Part shown: piece by piece, positions 9,354 through 18,841 of the stretch
Numbering within the stretch: the stretch's first letter is position 1
Layout: each line of letters starts with the position of its first letter
IMG/VR virus record: IMGVR_UViG_3300048502_000088
Location: 1-64,000 of that record
Direction: 5' to 3' (one strand)
Length of the DNA stretch: 64,000 nucleotides
Source of the DNA: an uncultured virus (IMG/VR IMGVR_UViG_3300048502_000088)
Lineage: Duplodnaviria > Heunggongvirae > Uroviricota > Caudoviricetes
Notes under the pieces: generated by a model
What the model saw: only the letters and a program-made list of their open reading frames with translations
What the model was told of the DNA's origin: nothing
Database searches by the model: none
Program-made: the position numbers and the translations under genes

Positions 9354-9896
9354 TCACAACGCATCCGCCTTCAGCCACTCCCGCACACCCTGCCACTCAG
9401 GATTCCGATACGCCGACGCCACATAAACGCGCGGGTCTGTCAGGCGGTGCGCCTGTGACTTGATGTACGCCTCCGCGCCCTGGCGGGTGAAGAACGGCTG
9501 AACAAATTCCCAGATATCGATGTAGCCAAGGCGGCGGAGATTGGATACGTAGTCAGGAGCCTCCACCGCGTCCATGGCAGCGTTCGGGTCGGCCTCGTGC
9601 AGTGCGCCGTAAGCCACGCCGTCCGCGATAAACGCAGGCCCCCGCCCACACTCCCCAAAATACTCCTCTGCTATCGCGGACTGCTCCGGCCCAAGTTCCG
9701 TATACTCATCGCCGTGGAGCCAGACGATCTGCGGGTCGTAGTCCATTTCGATCCCGTAAATCCGCTTCCGCTGCTGGACAACGAAGATCGGGTCAGCCGT
9801 GCAGTGGTCGTTCTGGTGATCGTCCCAGACAATGCGCTGGCCGATCTCAGTCAATGCAGGGCTTAAGGCTGCTGATGCTGCTTCTTGTGCTGTCAA
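9354..9896 (-). CDS. conserved phage protein
   Basis: TADPIFVVQQ..WEFVQPFFTRQGAEAYI..YRNPEW motif; TTG start with GGAGG RBS. Confidence 0.65.
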   Translation of the reverse strand: MTAQEAASAALSPALTEIGQRIVWDDHQNDHCTADPIFVVQQRKRIYGIEMDYDPQIVWLHGDEYTELGPEQSAIAEEYFGECGRGPAFIADGVAYGALHEADPNAAMDAVEAPDYVSNLRRLGYIDIWEFVQPFFTRQGAEAYIKSQAHRLTDPRVYVASAYRNPEWQGVREWLKADAL

Positions 9897-10040
9897 AATT
9901 AACCCTCCAATTGGGTGCGCGGGCGACCCGGAACCCGGAGGGTGGCCCTCGGGTCGCTCGCCGCGCTGCCGCAGGACATGACCCCTGGCGGGCAAGGATA
10001 ACGTATCACGAATCCAGCCGCCATGTAAATAAAAAACTGC

Positions 10041-10076
10041 AAAAAATAAAAAGGCCACGGGTTTTAGTCCGTGGCC
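10041..10076 (-). terminator. intrinsic terminator
   Basis: GGCCACGG/CCGTGGCC stem followed by a T-rich run on the minus strand. Confidence 0.75.
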
Positions 10077-10137
10077 CACAACCTATAGCGGTGACTGATT
10101 TATAGAACACTACGCCCCGCCGCTTACGCCGCGCTCT

Positions 10138-10752
10138 TTACGCCGCCTTAGCCACCCCACCCATCACGAGCGCCGCAAACGCCGCCCCTGCGTCATCCCC
10201 GGCCAGTGCCTTCCACCGCTTCGCCACCGCCGCCGTAACCATGAGGCGGATAATGACGCCGCCCTGCTTCTTTTGCGGCACCAGTCCCATCGTATGCTCG
10301 CGGACCTCCGCGACCGAGTGGTTAGCCGCGTGACGCAACATCCCCGAAACCGCCCGAGGATCGGCGTTCTTGGCCGCCCGCGCCACCAGCGCCAGTGAGG
10401 TCATCGGGATATCCTCTGCCTGCTCAGGCGTGATCCCGGGCAACCGGCGCGCGATCATGAGCGCCTCCCGCAGCGTGGCCCGCGACATCCGGTGTCGCTC
10501 GGTCACGGACTGCGTGAAAAGCTCAAAGCTGGAATACTCCGGCTCGAACAAACGCTGATCCTGTACGTGGACCAGCAGGCGGCCCAGCAGGACCCGCAGG
10601 CGCTCCGCTGAAGCCTCCTGACGGGACATGGCGGCGCACACGGCGTCGATGGCGCGTGAGGTCTCCTGTGGGGTCGAATGGTCGTAGATCGCTATCTTTA
10701 CTGCGAATGCCGGTAGCTGACATTTATCTTCTATCTTTGCTGCTGTAGGCAT
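10138..10752 (-). CDS. putative DNA-binding protein (DUF3102/KorB-like helical HTH resemblance)
   Basis: LGRLL..YSSFELF..MSRATLREALMIA pattern; C-terminal RHH-like tail; GGAGG RBS. Confidence 0.5.
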   Translation of the reverse strand: MPTAAKIEDKCQLPAFAVKIAIYDHSTPQETSRAIDAVCAAMSRQEASAERLRVLLGRLLVHVQDQRLFEPEYSSFELFTQSVTERHRMSRATLREALMIARRLPGITPEQAEDIPMTSLALVARAAKNADPRAVSGMLRHAANHSVAEVREHTMGLVPQKKQGGVIIRLMVTAAVAKRWKALAGDDAGAAFAALVMGGVAKAA

Positions 10753-10773
10753 TTACTGCCCTCCATGGTGGAA

Positions 10774-10798
10774 ATGCTGTCCAGAGTCTGGACAGCAT
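10774..10798. promoter_or_regulatory. 25-bp perfect palindrome, putative operator
   Basis: ATGCTGTCCAGA-G-TCTGGACAGCAT; 18-bp core recurs at 58904-58921. Confidence 0.7.
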
Positions 10799-10986
10799 CA
10801 CCAGAGGCCCGCTCCGACCTGCGGTGACCGATACAGGTGAGCACGTTGTTGGCCGTTAATAATGGGAAGAAACGGGGAAGATAAGGCGAAAGTTGTGGGT
10901 TATTGACCGCTGGCGGTCAGGGATGGCGGGGCGTGGTCAGGTCTGGGGGTGTAACCCCTGCGCTGCTGGCGGATGCAATCTCCGCA

Positions 10987-11202
10987 CTAACGGCCCGATA
11001 GCTGGTCAGTTAGCCCACTGCCCACTGGCGATATCCACTGGCCGCTCAGGTCCATCGTTACCAGCCTGTCGCGTTTCTCGATCTCACGCACGTAGGAATC
11101 GGACACGCCGCACATCCGGGCGATCTGGCGGTAGCTGAGCTTCCCGGTTGCCAGGTGGCGGCGGACCTTGGTGGTCACTGCGGGGTAGACGGTGCGGGGC
11201 AT
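10987..11202 (-). CDS. HTH DNA-binding protein
   Basis: LSYRQIARMCGVSDSYVREIE. Confidence 0.7.
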   Translation of the reverse strand: MPRTVYPAVTTKVRRHLATGKLSYRQIARMCGVSDSYVREIEKRDRLVTMDLSGQWISPVGSGLTDQLSGR

Positions 11203-11208
11203 CGGCTT

Positions 11209-11484
11209 TCAGTCGATAGTCGTTGGCATCAAATCCACCCCGCCGCATCCCAACACCCCCGGCAATACCAGCCGTTCTCCATCGGAGCTTCTAAGATCAA
11301 CGCTGCTATATCCCTTAGCGTTTCTCCTATGGCGCAGTGGCATCCATAAATCCCCAACTGAAGCGTTAGTGCGAGACCGCCTTCTTCCCCATCGGCTCTC
11401 AATAACGCCGTCATCGCGAACCCTGTAAGCCGGAAAATCAGGCACCGGAAGATATCGAAACCGCCCCACTGCATCGTCGCTCAT
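11209..11484 (-). pseudogene. NUMOD4-like N-terminal remnant of an HNH homing endonuclease
   Basis: PVPDFPAYRVRDDGVIES..KGYSSVDL with no HNH domain following. Confidence 0.55.
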
Positions 11485-12026
11485 CCGCACGCCTCCCGTA
11501 ACCGCGCAATCACGCCGGAGACGTCCGGCTTGTTATCCGCCCCCCACTCAACACCATCAGCGATCATGTACACCCCGCCATACCGCGCCAATTTTACCTC
11601 AAAAGCTTCTTGAATTAAGGACTGCTTGTCGTGTCCCGTGGCGTAGCGGGCCTTCGCCTCAACGTCGATCCTGCGGCCCCTTAGGTGCGTTGGCGCGGGG
11701 CACATGAAGGTCGCCCCGAATACTGGCGGATGCTTCTGGCAGATACAGTCCCCATGGGGCGCAATAACGCCCGTCAGGTCGCCCTGCCCATCTGTGCCTG
11801 CCGAGGCGGTACGTACCTTGCCGCCGCGACCGACTACCTTAGCCACCAGGCGGCTATTGCGGTACAGCCATACGCGCGGAAGTTCTCGACATACTGCTGA
11901 TTGCAGTTCCTTGCTGATCTCGGTGCCGTTTGGCGGGGTGCGTTCCCCGGACCCTCCCGCAGGGAAACTCCCCCCAGTGCGCACGGGGGGCTTATCGGGA
12001 ACGGAGATCCTTCCCTTTCTAGCCAC
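11481..12026 (-). CDS. VRR-NUC-like PD-(D/E)xK nuclease / resolvase
   Basis: GQGDLTG..IDVEAK..QSLIQEAF..YGGVYMIA. Confidence 0.65.
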   Translation of the reverse strand: MARKGRISVPDKPPVRTGGSFPAGGSGERTPPNGTEISKELQSAVCRELPRVWLYRNSRLVAKVVGRGGKVRTASAGTDGQGDLTGVIAPHGDCICQKHPPVFGATFMCPAPTHLRGRRIDVEAKARYATGHDKQSLIQEAFEVKLARYGGVYMIADGVEWGADNKPDVSGVIARLREACG

Positions 12027-12234
12027 AGGGAGACCCCTTGCTGTCTGGTTGCGCCCGCTGCCGTTCCGCGTTAGCGATCAGCGCCTTGGTCCACTCCGCG
12101 CCGATCTGCTTCAGGCTGTCGTCTGGGAAGGCGCAGACGTTCATCATAATGCCATCAGCGCGTCGGAGCGCATTTGGTACGGTCGGGATTTGTATTGTTG
12201 CCTTTACTGTCAGGGAAATCACAGGCACCTCCAT
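12019..12234 (-). CDS. hypothetical phage protein
   Basis: IPTVPNAL..LKQIGAEWTKALI; coupled to neighbours. Confidence 0.6.
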   Translation of the reverse strand: MEVPVISLTVKATIQIPTVPNALRRADGIMMNVCAFPDDSLKQIGAEWTKALIANAERQRAQPDSKGSPCG

Positions 12235-12237
12235 AAT

Positions 12238-13185
12238 TTACCTTGCAACCTTAACGAAATTACCGCCATCATCCAGTCGATACGGCGTGTTCGGCTCCAA
12301 CTCCCCATCGCCATCCTCGTCTTTTACGTGAGCGATCTTGGTCTTGTATCGCTTCCCGTTCCAGTACTGGATAGCAATTACGCCGCCGTAGCCCGCCGTG
12401 GCTGTGCCTCTGACGCCCGCCGTGGCTATGCCGCTGTCGCCCGCCGTGGCTGTGCCTCTGTAGCCCGCCGTGGCTATGCCGCTGTCGCCCGCCGTGGCTG
12501 TGCCTCTGTCGCCCGCCGTGGCTCTGACGCCCGCCGTGGCTCTGACGCCCGCCGTGGCTATGCCGCTGTCGCCCGCCGTGGCTGTGCCTCTGTCGCCCGC
12601 CGTGGCTGTGCCTCTGTCGCCCGCCGTGGCTGTGCCGCTGTAGCCCGCCGTGGCTATGCCGCTGTCGCCCGCCGTGGCTGTGCCTTTGACGCCCGCCGTG
12701 GCTATGCCGCTGTCGCCCGCCGTGGCTGTGCCGCTGTCGCCCGCCGTGGCTGTGCCTCTGACGCCCGCCGTGGCTATGCCGCTGTCGCCCGCCGTGGCTG
12801 TGCCTCTGACGCCCGCCGTGGCTGTGCCGCTGACGATACAGTGACCTTCTCCACCGTTTATGCGAAGGAATTCCGGCGCAGTCTTGCTGTCTCCAACAAA
12901 CAGTACTTCGCAGGCGGGAAACTTAACCTTGCGCCCGATGGCAACTACAGTAGCCACGTCCACGCGACATACAAGCCACTTCGCATCTTCGGACCAATCC
13001 AGCAAGCCTCCGTCTCCCTCGCCCCACAGAAGTCCGTGCAGGCCATATCCACATTCAGGCTCAGGCGACCAGTCCGGGGCGGACACATAGCCAGATTCCG
13101 GCCACTGGAATCCGCCATGCGATTGCATGTCCGCGTTGCAGGTGCGCATGATTAGCACGTAAGTTTTATCTGTCTCTGCTTCCAT
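12238..13185 (-). CDS. phage protein with ATAGxxG octapeptide repeat (DUF7666-like, beta-solenoid)
   Basis: MQSHGGFQWP..CGYGLHG..KVKF N-terminus, 19 ATAG repeats, C-terminal LEPNTPYRLD; GAGGTG/GAGG RBS. Confidence 0.8.
   Translation of the reverse strand: MEAETDKTYVLIMRTCNADMQSHGGFQWPESGYVSAPDWSPEPECGYGLHGLLWGEGDGGLLDWSEDAKWLVCRVDVATVVAIGRKVKFPACEVLFVGDSKTAPEFLRINGGEGHCIVSGTATAGVRGTATAGDSGIATAGVRGTATAGDSGTATAGDSGIATAGVKGTATAGDSGIATAGYSGTATAGDRGTATAGDRGTATAGDSGIATAGVRATAGVRATAGDRGTATAGDSGIATAGYRGTATAGDSGIATAGVRGTATAGYGGVIAIQYWNGKRYKTKIAHVKDEDGDGELEPNTPYRLDDGGNFVKVAR
12382..12832 (-). repeat. 24-bp coding tandem repeat, about 19 units (two 18-bp units)
   Basis: gcccgccgtggct core repeated with period 24. 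Confidence 0.95.
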
Positions 13186-13190
13186 ATCCC

Positions 13191-13433
13191 TCACCTCGTC
13201 ACCGCCGCAATTAAAAACATCCCCCAACCAAGCGCCGCGACTAATACCCACCGCTGTCTCACCCCATCCCCACGCCGCCGCCGCGCCCGCTCGATCATAA
13301 GCTCAGCCGTCAGGGATTCCACCTCCCAGCGGTGCCAGTCGTCGAAGATACCAATTGGCGCGGCATCGGCCAGTACACCCAGAGCGTGGGCGTCTACGGT
13401 GGTGGGGTGGTGCGCTAATGCCGTTCCTGTCAT
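13191..13433 (-). CDS. small membrane protein
   Basis: C-terminal TM helix. Confidence 0.5.
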   Translation of the reverse strand: MTGTALAHHPTTVDAHALGVLADAAPIGIFDDWHRWEVESLTAELMIERARRRRGDGVRQRWVLVAALGWGMFLIAAVTR

Positions 13434-13496
13434 GCCTTCGGCACCTCAAGCGTACCTATGCGCCGCGACAGATAAAATTCGGCTTTCCTCAGGTCC

Positions 13497-13799
13497 TCAA
13501 GCATGTCGTTCTTCTTGCCCGCGCGACTGACTCCAGCGCTTTAGCGCATTGTCGATGCGCTTTTTGGTTTCAGGATCGGACAGTCGGTCAGCGTATCGAT
13601 ACCAGACGTTCGGCTTCAGGTTCTTATCTTTGCCATCGCCGATCTGAGCACACCGCATCTCAGCGCGTTCTTTATTGGCGTTCCAGAAAGATGCTGCGAT
13701 GATTCCGAATGGGTCTCCGCGAACCCTGCTGTCGAGTCCGGTGGCTACAGCCGCCGAACATGCACCCGTCGCCGATGATGCGCCATTACTGCTTAGCAT
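13497..13799 (-). CDS. short paralog of the DUF7666-like C-terminal domain
   Basis: ASSATG..AVATG..LKPNVWYR; GGAGG upstream of ATG at 13799. Confidence 0.5.
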   Translation of the reverse strand: MLSSNGASSATGACSAAVATGLDSRVRGDPFGIIAASFWNANKERAEMRCAQIGDGKDKNLKPNVWYRYADRLSDPETKKRIDNALKRWSQSRGQEERHA

Positions 13800-14067
13800 T
13801 CTGCCTCCTTTGCTGACTGCGTAGACGGAACCACTCGCGCTTATGCGCTGAACGACACGCCTGGCACCGCTGCGCCGCGCCAGTATAAGACTCGAACACG
13901 ACGCCGCAATCATGCGCCACGCCGTGCGCCGTGTAGCCGGGACATTTGAACTGCGTCGCGGGCCACGCGAATGAGTCCACAGAATTGGGTATCGACTTGG
14001 CCGACCATCCGCCGCGCATGAAACCGGGCGGCAACGGGGCACGCATAACCTTCGGCGTAGGATTCAT
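13786..14067 (-). CDS. Zn-ribbon hypothetical protein
   Basis: C..C..CxxC; AAGGA RBS. Confidence 0.55.
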   Translation of the reverse strand: MNPTPKVMRAPLPPGFMRGGWSAKSIPNSVDSFAWPATQFKCPGYTAHGVAHDCGVVFESYTGAAQRCQACRSAHKREWFRLRSQQRRQNAKQ

Positions 14068-14160
14068 TTTTTCCTTTCGGCCATCAAGTCCGCGTTCGGT
14101 GACACGCCCAGCAAGGCGTGAGCGTCTACGGTGGTGCGGGTAACGGTGGCGGTCACCGAC

Positions 14161-14448
14161 CTACCTCGTGACGATCCGGCTCGAAGTTGCCACCGCGAAA
14201 CTCGATATCCCGAATGGGTCCGATATCGAGCGCCTTAAGCGAAGTGCCGCGTCAGGATCGCAGAATCCCATCTCATCGTTAACCAGAACGATGATCTTAA
14301 CGGCCCATCGCCGCAGAAACTCAGCGTGGGCGTGGGCTGGGTGCGTGGCGAATCCCGGCTTCTGCTCCGTCTGGTCGGCCATGTACTGCCATGCCGCGAG
14401 TGCGTCCCGGCTCCATGCGGCGGCTGGTTTATGCTGTACGTTACTCAC
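14161..14448 (-). CDS. hypothetical protein
   Basis: GTGA-coupled ORF. Confidence 0.5.
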   Translation of the reverse strand: MSNVQHKPAAAWSRDALAAWQYMADQTEQKPGFATHPAHAHAEFLRRWAVKIIVLVNDEMGFCDPDAALRLRRSISDPFGISSFAVATSSRIVTR

Positions 14449-14817
14449 TTATTTTTCCCCTTCACCACCACCGGCTCCCCACCCCACCCCGTAACATCCA
14501 GAATCCGCCCGCATCCCTCGCAGGACACTATCGGCTCCGCGCTGCGCTGGAGGTGGCCGCAGGGGCAGGGGATGTGATAGCCGCCGTTATTTGCCATTGT
14601 GGTCATCGGATCGCGTGACGTGCGCGGGCGCGTGTAATGGGGTCTCTTCGATACGCCGCCTCTCTCTGTTTCTTCGTCATCATCGGAATCCCGCAGTACG
14701 GACAAGACTTAAATTTCTTCGGCAGTGCCGCGTAGCACGGCAGCATCCAGCCGCAGGCGATTGCGCCTTTGAAGTCCGGTGCCTTGACCGTGTCGGGGAT
14801 GGCGTGATTGCAGAAGG

Positions 14818-16407
14818 TCATGATGCCATTAACTCCGACCGCGCGGACCCGCCGCCGTAAAGCATAATCGCGCGCTCTTTCCATTCCTTGCGAGGCCAGC
14901 GATTTGTGGTCGCATGGAATTGCAGCGCTGCGTAACCGTCTTTGTGCGGCACTCCCTTGCTGGTCATGGTGGTCTTTGCTTTCCTGTAAATCTCCAGATA
15001 CTGTTCTTCGAGCTTTCTTTCGTAGGCTTGCTGGCCGGGGGATTTGGCCTTAACCTCCAGCTTGGCTTTCTCGCGGAGAGCGGATAAATCCTGAAGCTGA
15101 CCGGCCTCGACCTCGATCTCTCGACCAACGCGAAGTAGCGGCAGTCCACAGAAAGGACACACATCCGCGCCAGCGGGGAAGTACGAAAAACAGGGCAAAA
15201 GATAGCGGCCACACTTCGACACTGGACCCTTGAAGAACTCAGGCGTGCCGCTGTCGGGCATCGGCACTGGCCGCTTGCACATCGACACGGCGCGCGCCTT
15301 ACCTTCGCTGTCCTTCGGCGGTTTAGCGGGGCCATCCAGCGTCCAGATTGGTGGGGTCTCGAAGAATCCGTACGGATAGTGCCTGGCCGAATTTCCGGAA
15401 TGATCTAAAATGATCATTTTTTTCTTGCCGGGATGTATGCGCGATCCGCGTCCCATCATCTGACGCCAGAGCATCAGAGAAGATGTTGGCCGCGCGCTCA
15501 CCACTACCTGCACTGCTGGGTGGTCCCACCCGATTCCCGCTACACCGCAGTTGCTCAGCACCAACAAAGAACCATTGTCCAGCCTTTCGTAGATAGCCTC
15601 TCTCTCGTCGTCTGGTGTGTTTGCGTCCACGTAGGCGGCCTCAATGTTGGCGGCGGTAAACGCCTCCATGATGTGCCTTGCGTGGTTTTGGTCCACACCG
15701 AAAGCCACCGTTTTCAGCCCATTCGCATGTCGCTTCCAATGCTCAACGATATCGCCAACCAGCTTAACCTTGTCGCAGACTTCGGCCAGCTTCTTCTGAT
15801 TGAAGTCGCCACCCGTCTTGCCTACCTTGCTGGTGTCGGGAGTATTATCAGTCCCGATTACCTGAGACGGGACGAGGAAGCCCATGTCGATGAGCGCCTG
15901 TTCGTCTGGACCCATCACAAGTGACTCAAAGATGCCACCGCAGGAGACACCAAGGCCGCGTCCATCGAGAAGCGCGGGGGTTCCATCCGCCCCGACTATG
16001 CGGGCTTTAGGGTAATGCTGCAAAATCTTGCGCCCGGTTTCGTTGCTAAACTGCCTCGCTTCGTCGCACACGAGCAGATCGCAAATTGGGGGAGGGTCCA
16101 TGCGCCAAAGCGTATCCACGCTAGCCACCTGTACGGGATGCCACCTTTCACGGCGCTTCCCGCCGGCCAACACGCCATGCTCAACGCCGAGCTTGGTTAG
16201 GCGACGGTGCATATCATTTACGAGCGCAACCCCTCTGACCGCGAAAATTACACGCTTGCCCTTGGCTACCGCGCTTTGGACCATGTACGCGATGATCGAG
16301 CCTTTGCCCGCGCCCGGAGGCGCACAGATAAGCGCGGAGCGATGGACCCTTAGGGCGGCGCGGGTGTCTTCCAGAATCTGCTCTTGGTAGGGACGTAGGG
16401 TGATCAT
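14818..16407 (-). CDS. superfamily 2 (DExD/H-like) helicase with C-terminal Zn ribbon
   Basis: LRPYQ, APPGAGKG, CDEAR, GWDHP, RPTSSL..QMMGRGSR, IILDHSGN. Confidence 0.9.
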   Translation of the reverse strand: MITLRPYQEQILEDTRAALRVHRSALICAPPGAGKGSIIAYMVQSAVAKGKRVIFAVRGVALVNDMHRRLTKLGVEHGVLAGGKRRERWHPVQVASVDTLWRMDPPPICDLLVCDEARQFSNETGRKILQHYPKARIVGADGTPALLDGRGLGVSCGGIFESLVMGPDEQALIDMGFLVPSQVIGTDNTPDTSKVGKTGGDFNQKKLAEVCDKVKLVGDIVEHWKRHANGLKTVAFGVDQNHARHIMEAFTAANIEAAYVDANTPDDEREAIYERLDNGSLLVLSNCGVAGIGWDHPAVQVVVSARPTSSLMLWRQMMGRGSRIHPGKKKMIILDHSGNSARHYPYGFFETPPIWTLDGPAKPPKDSEGKARAVSMCKRPVPMPDSGTPEFFKGPVSKCGRYLLPCFSYFPAGADVCPFCGLPLLRVGREIEVEAGQLQDLSALREKAKLEVKAKSPGQQAYERKLEEQYLEIYRKAKTTMTSKGVPHKDGYAALQFHATTNRWPRKEWKERAIMLYGGGSARSELMAS

Positions 16408-16483
16408 GCGGCTGTCCCCTTCTTGGCCCGGTGAAACTCAAGGCCAAGGAACTTCTGATTCTTGCCGACAAAAGCAGGTTCCG

Positions 16484-16640
16484 TCAGGGCAATCCGCGAT
16501 CCAGCCTGCGCTGAATCGCCTTGTACTTTAGCCCTGTAATCTCACACCATTCCGACAGGGCCTTTCTCTCGCCGCGCAGTTCTAGGTAGACTGTTATGGT
16601 GCGGTTTCTTACTTGCTCGGTGTCGCGCTTCAGTTGGCGC
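16484..16640 (-). pseudogene. C-terminal DNA-binding remnant of an HNH homing endonuclease
   Basis: EQVRNRT..YLELRGERKALSEWCEITGLKYKAIQRRLDRG. Confidence 0.5.
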
Positions 16641-16786
16641 ACTTCGGTGGCGGGGGAGCAGGTCATCGTCCACCGCCCCTCAGTCCAAACATCCCCGCAA
16701 TTTTCTCGTGCCACGTATTGCGCTCCAACGCGATCCCCGCTGTCTGTCCCGCTTCGTATGCCCGCTGAACTGGATCTGGTGGACGC

Positions 16787-17315
16787 TCACGCTGCGAGAG
16801 CCTCCTCGGGAACGTCAAAGAATCCCTGCGATCCGCGATACCCGATGGGAGTCCGGAAAAGTTCGGGTTTCGCGAACTCCCACGCGTACCGGTCCGGAGC
16901 CCAGTCGCCAAGCGCCCGCTCTTGCTCGGAAGGCTGGCGGCAGGTCGCGCATCCGAAGGCAGGCTACAAGTTGAACGCGACCGATGATGGCCCCGAACGA
17001 AAGGTCGGCCGGCCCGTGGATTCCGAAAGGGATCATCACCGGCGCAAGCTCATTGACGGCGGCGAGGATTTCGCGGTCGCACTTCTTCGCCGCGTGAATC
17101 AGCAGCGGCCCGCGGTATCCGGTTGACCAGTGCCGCGTCTCGAATTGTTTTGCGCCCAACAGGCATAGCACCGCCCAGGGCTGCCACAAGCTGATAGCCT
17201 TCAATTTCTTCGCCTTTGATGGATGGGTATCTAGGCCGCTATTTCGGCCATGGGTTTCTTCCCAGTTTTCGTCGCCAAGCGCTTGGGCCAGGAGTTTCAG
17301 GTCCACATTTATCAT
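16787..17315 (-). pseudogene. ASCH-domain protein with a +1 frameshift near 16937
   Basis: AISLWQPWA..GAKQFETRHW..YRGPLLIHAAK; canonical C-terminus EQERALGDWAPDRYAWEF..YRGSQGFFDV lies in another frame ending TGA at 16787. Confidence 0.8.
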
Positions 17316-17405
17316 TTTTCCCTCTCAAAAACTACACCCCGCCACCGTCGTCTCCCCCGAGTACACGGCGGCGGGGCGCTCTCGGCTCAGTCAGAAGCCG
17401 AAACC

Positions 17406-18584
17406 TTAAAAGACGTCTTCGACCGCCGCTGCGCTGCCCACCACATACCCCACCAGATCCGCATAAAACTGGCCAGCCTTCGGGTCGTCATGCTTGAGCG
17501 ATCCGAACATGATCCCGTTCTTGCTCACGAGAGCGTCAAACGCTGCCCTTCCAATGCGCTCCTGTTGCTGCTTAAACGCGCTGTTCATGCTGGTGCGGTC
17601 GGACCAGGTGACGCCTACAGCGGGCTTGGGGGCGGGCGCAGCAGGCTGCGCGGGCGCAGCGGCGGGCACGTTAACCGTGGGGCCGGGTGCGGGTGGTTCC
17701 GCAGCGGCAGCGGGCGCAGGAGACGCCTTGGTTTGCGCCGTCGCCGCCGGTACTGCCGACAAAGCCTTCTGCTGCCGGATGCGATCAGAGATATCCGCCG
17801 CCTTCTCCAGCGTCTTAACCTCCGCACCTGACGGCTTGCTGCCATCACCAGCGTCCTCAGACTCTTCCCGCGTCATAACGCCGCTGAGAACGTTCGGCGC
17901 GTACCGCGTGCGCACGCGGCTTACGCAGCGGGCGAAGTACATGTCCTCGCCCCAGCTCTGGTAGTTGAACTTCTCGGACAGCCTGATCTTCTTGCCGCCC
18001 TCGAACACCATGGCGTTGTCGGCGTTGCGCTTCGTGAACGACACTACCGCCTGCGAGGTAACGCCGTTGACGGCTCCTGTGATCGGATCGTACTTCTTCG
18101 TATCCGGGTTCCATCGCTTCAGGTGCAGGTGACAGCCGGTGCAGGTTCCGTCCTTGTCCTGATCCCATGCGATGTCCCAGGAAAGGCCAGCGTCCTGCAT
18201 CTTGGCCGCGAGATATGACGACTCCACCGACGGGCGGCCATTGATGAAGAAGAGGCTCTTCATTGCGTCAGAAACGGCCATGTTCCATGAACGGCCAAGC
18301 TGAATCTTCGTCATTGCCAACGCAACGCCCTGATTGGTGCCGCTGATGCCGTCGAAGGCTCCAGACTCCGCGAACGTGCGGGCCAGTTGCGCGTCCTGCC
18401 CGAATCGGGACTGTGCGACCTCGCGTTCGATGATGTCGTGGGCGAACGAGCGGAACAGTTCGGCGTCCCCGGTCTCCTTCAGGATCGTGAGCATCTCGCG
18501 CATCGGGTACGACTTCTGGACTGGCGCTAGTGCGGTTTCGGGCTGCTTAACCGGCAGCGCATCGGTTTTTGTCTCTTCTGGCAT
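17406..18584 (-). CDS. RecT/Redbeta-like single-strand annealing protein
   Basis: IQLGRSW..INGRPSV..NYQSWGEDMYFARCVSR..APNVLSGVMTREE core, Pro/Ala linker; near YqaJ and SSB. Confidence 0.7.
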   Translation of the reverse strand: MPEETKTDALPVKQPETALAPVQKSYPMREMLTILKETGDAELFRSFAHDIIEREVAQSRFGQDAQLARTFAESGAFDGISGTNQGVALAMTKIQLGRSWNMAVSDAMKSLFFINGRPSVESSYLAAKMQDAGLSWDIAWDQDKDGTCTGCHLHLKRWNPDTKKYDPITGAVNGVTSQAVVSFTKRNADNAMVFEGGKKIRLSEKFNYQSWGEDMYFARCVSRVRTRYAPNVLSGVMTREESEDAGDGSKPSGAEVKTLEKAADISDRIRQQKALSAVPAATAQTKASPAPAAAAEPPAPGPTVNVPAAAPAQPAAPAPKPAVGVTWSDRTSMNSAFKQQQERIGRAAFDALVSKNGIMFGSLKHDDPKAGQFYADLVGYVVGSAAAVEDVF

Positions 18585-18586
18585 CG

Positions 18587-18835
18587 TTACCTCTCCTCTA
18601 ATTGTCTTGCAAAATCCAATAGCAAAGAAGCGCCGACCGGCTCCTCTTCACCCCACCACCGACACAGCACCCCGCCGATCACAAGCGAGTGGACCACCAC
18701 CGCGCCTACGTTACCCACTTCCCAGTCAAGGGTTGATTCAGGCTTCGGTGGCTGGCAGAAGCGCCCGCCGGGGTGTTCTGACTCACGCTTACCGCAAATG
18801 CGGCATGGCTTGTTACGGCGCTCAGTCTTAGTCAT
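18587..18835 (-). CDS. hypothetical protein
   Basis: CxxC..H..C ORF in operon. Confidence 0.5.
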   Translation of the reverse strand: MTKTERRNKPCRICGKRESEHPGGRFCQPPKPESTLDWEVGNVGAVVVHSLVIGGVLCRWWGEEEPVGASLLLDFARQLEER

Positions 18836-18841
18836 GGCAGA

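Noticed and set aside
12382..12832. Possible CRISPR array
   Set aside because: Contiguous in-frame tandem units with no unique spacers and no cas genes
11704..13155. 483-aa plus-strand ORF with ARRG repeats
   Set aside because: Antisense shadow of the 24-bp coding repeat; the minus-strand protein has recognisable domains
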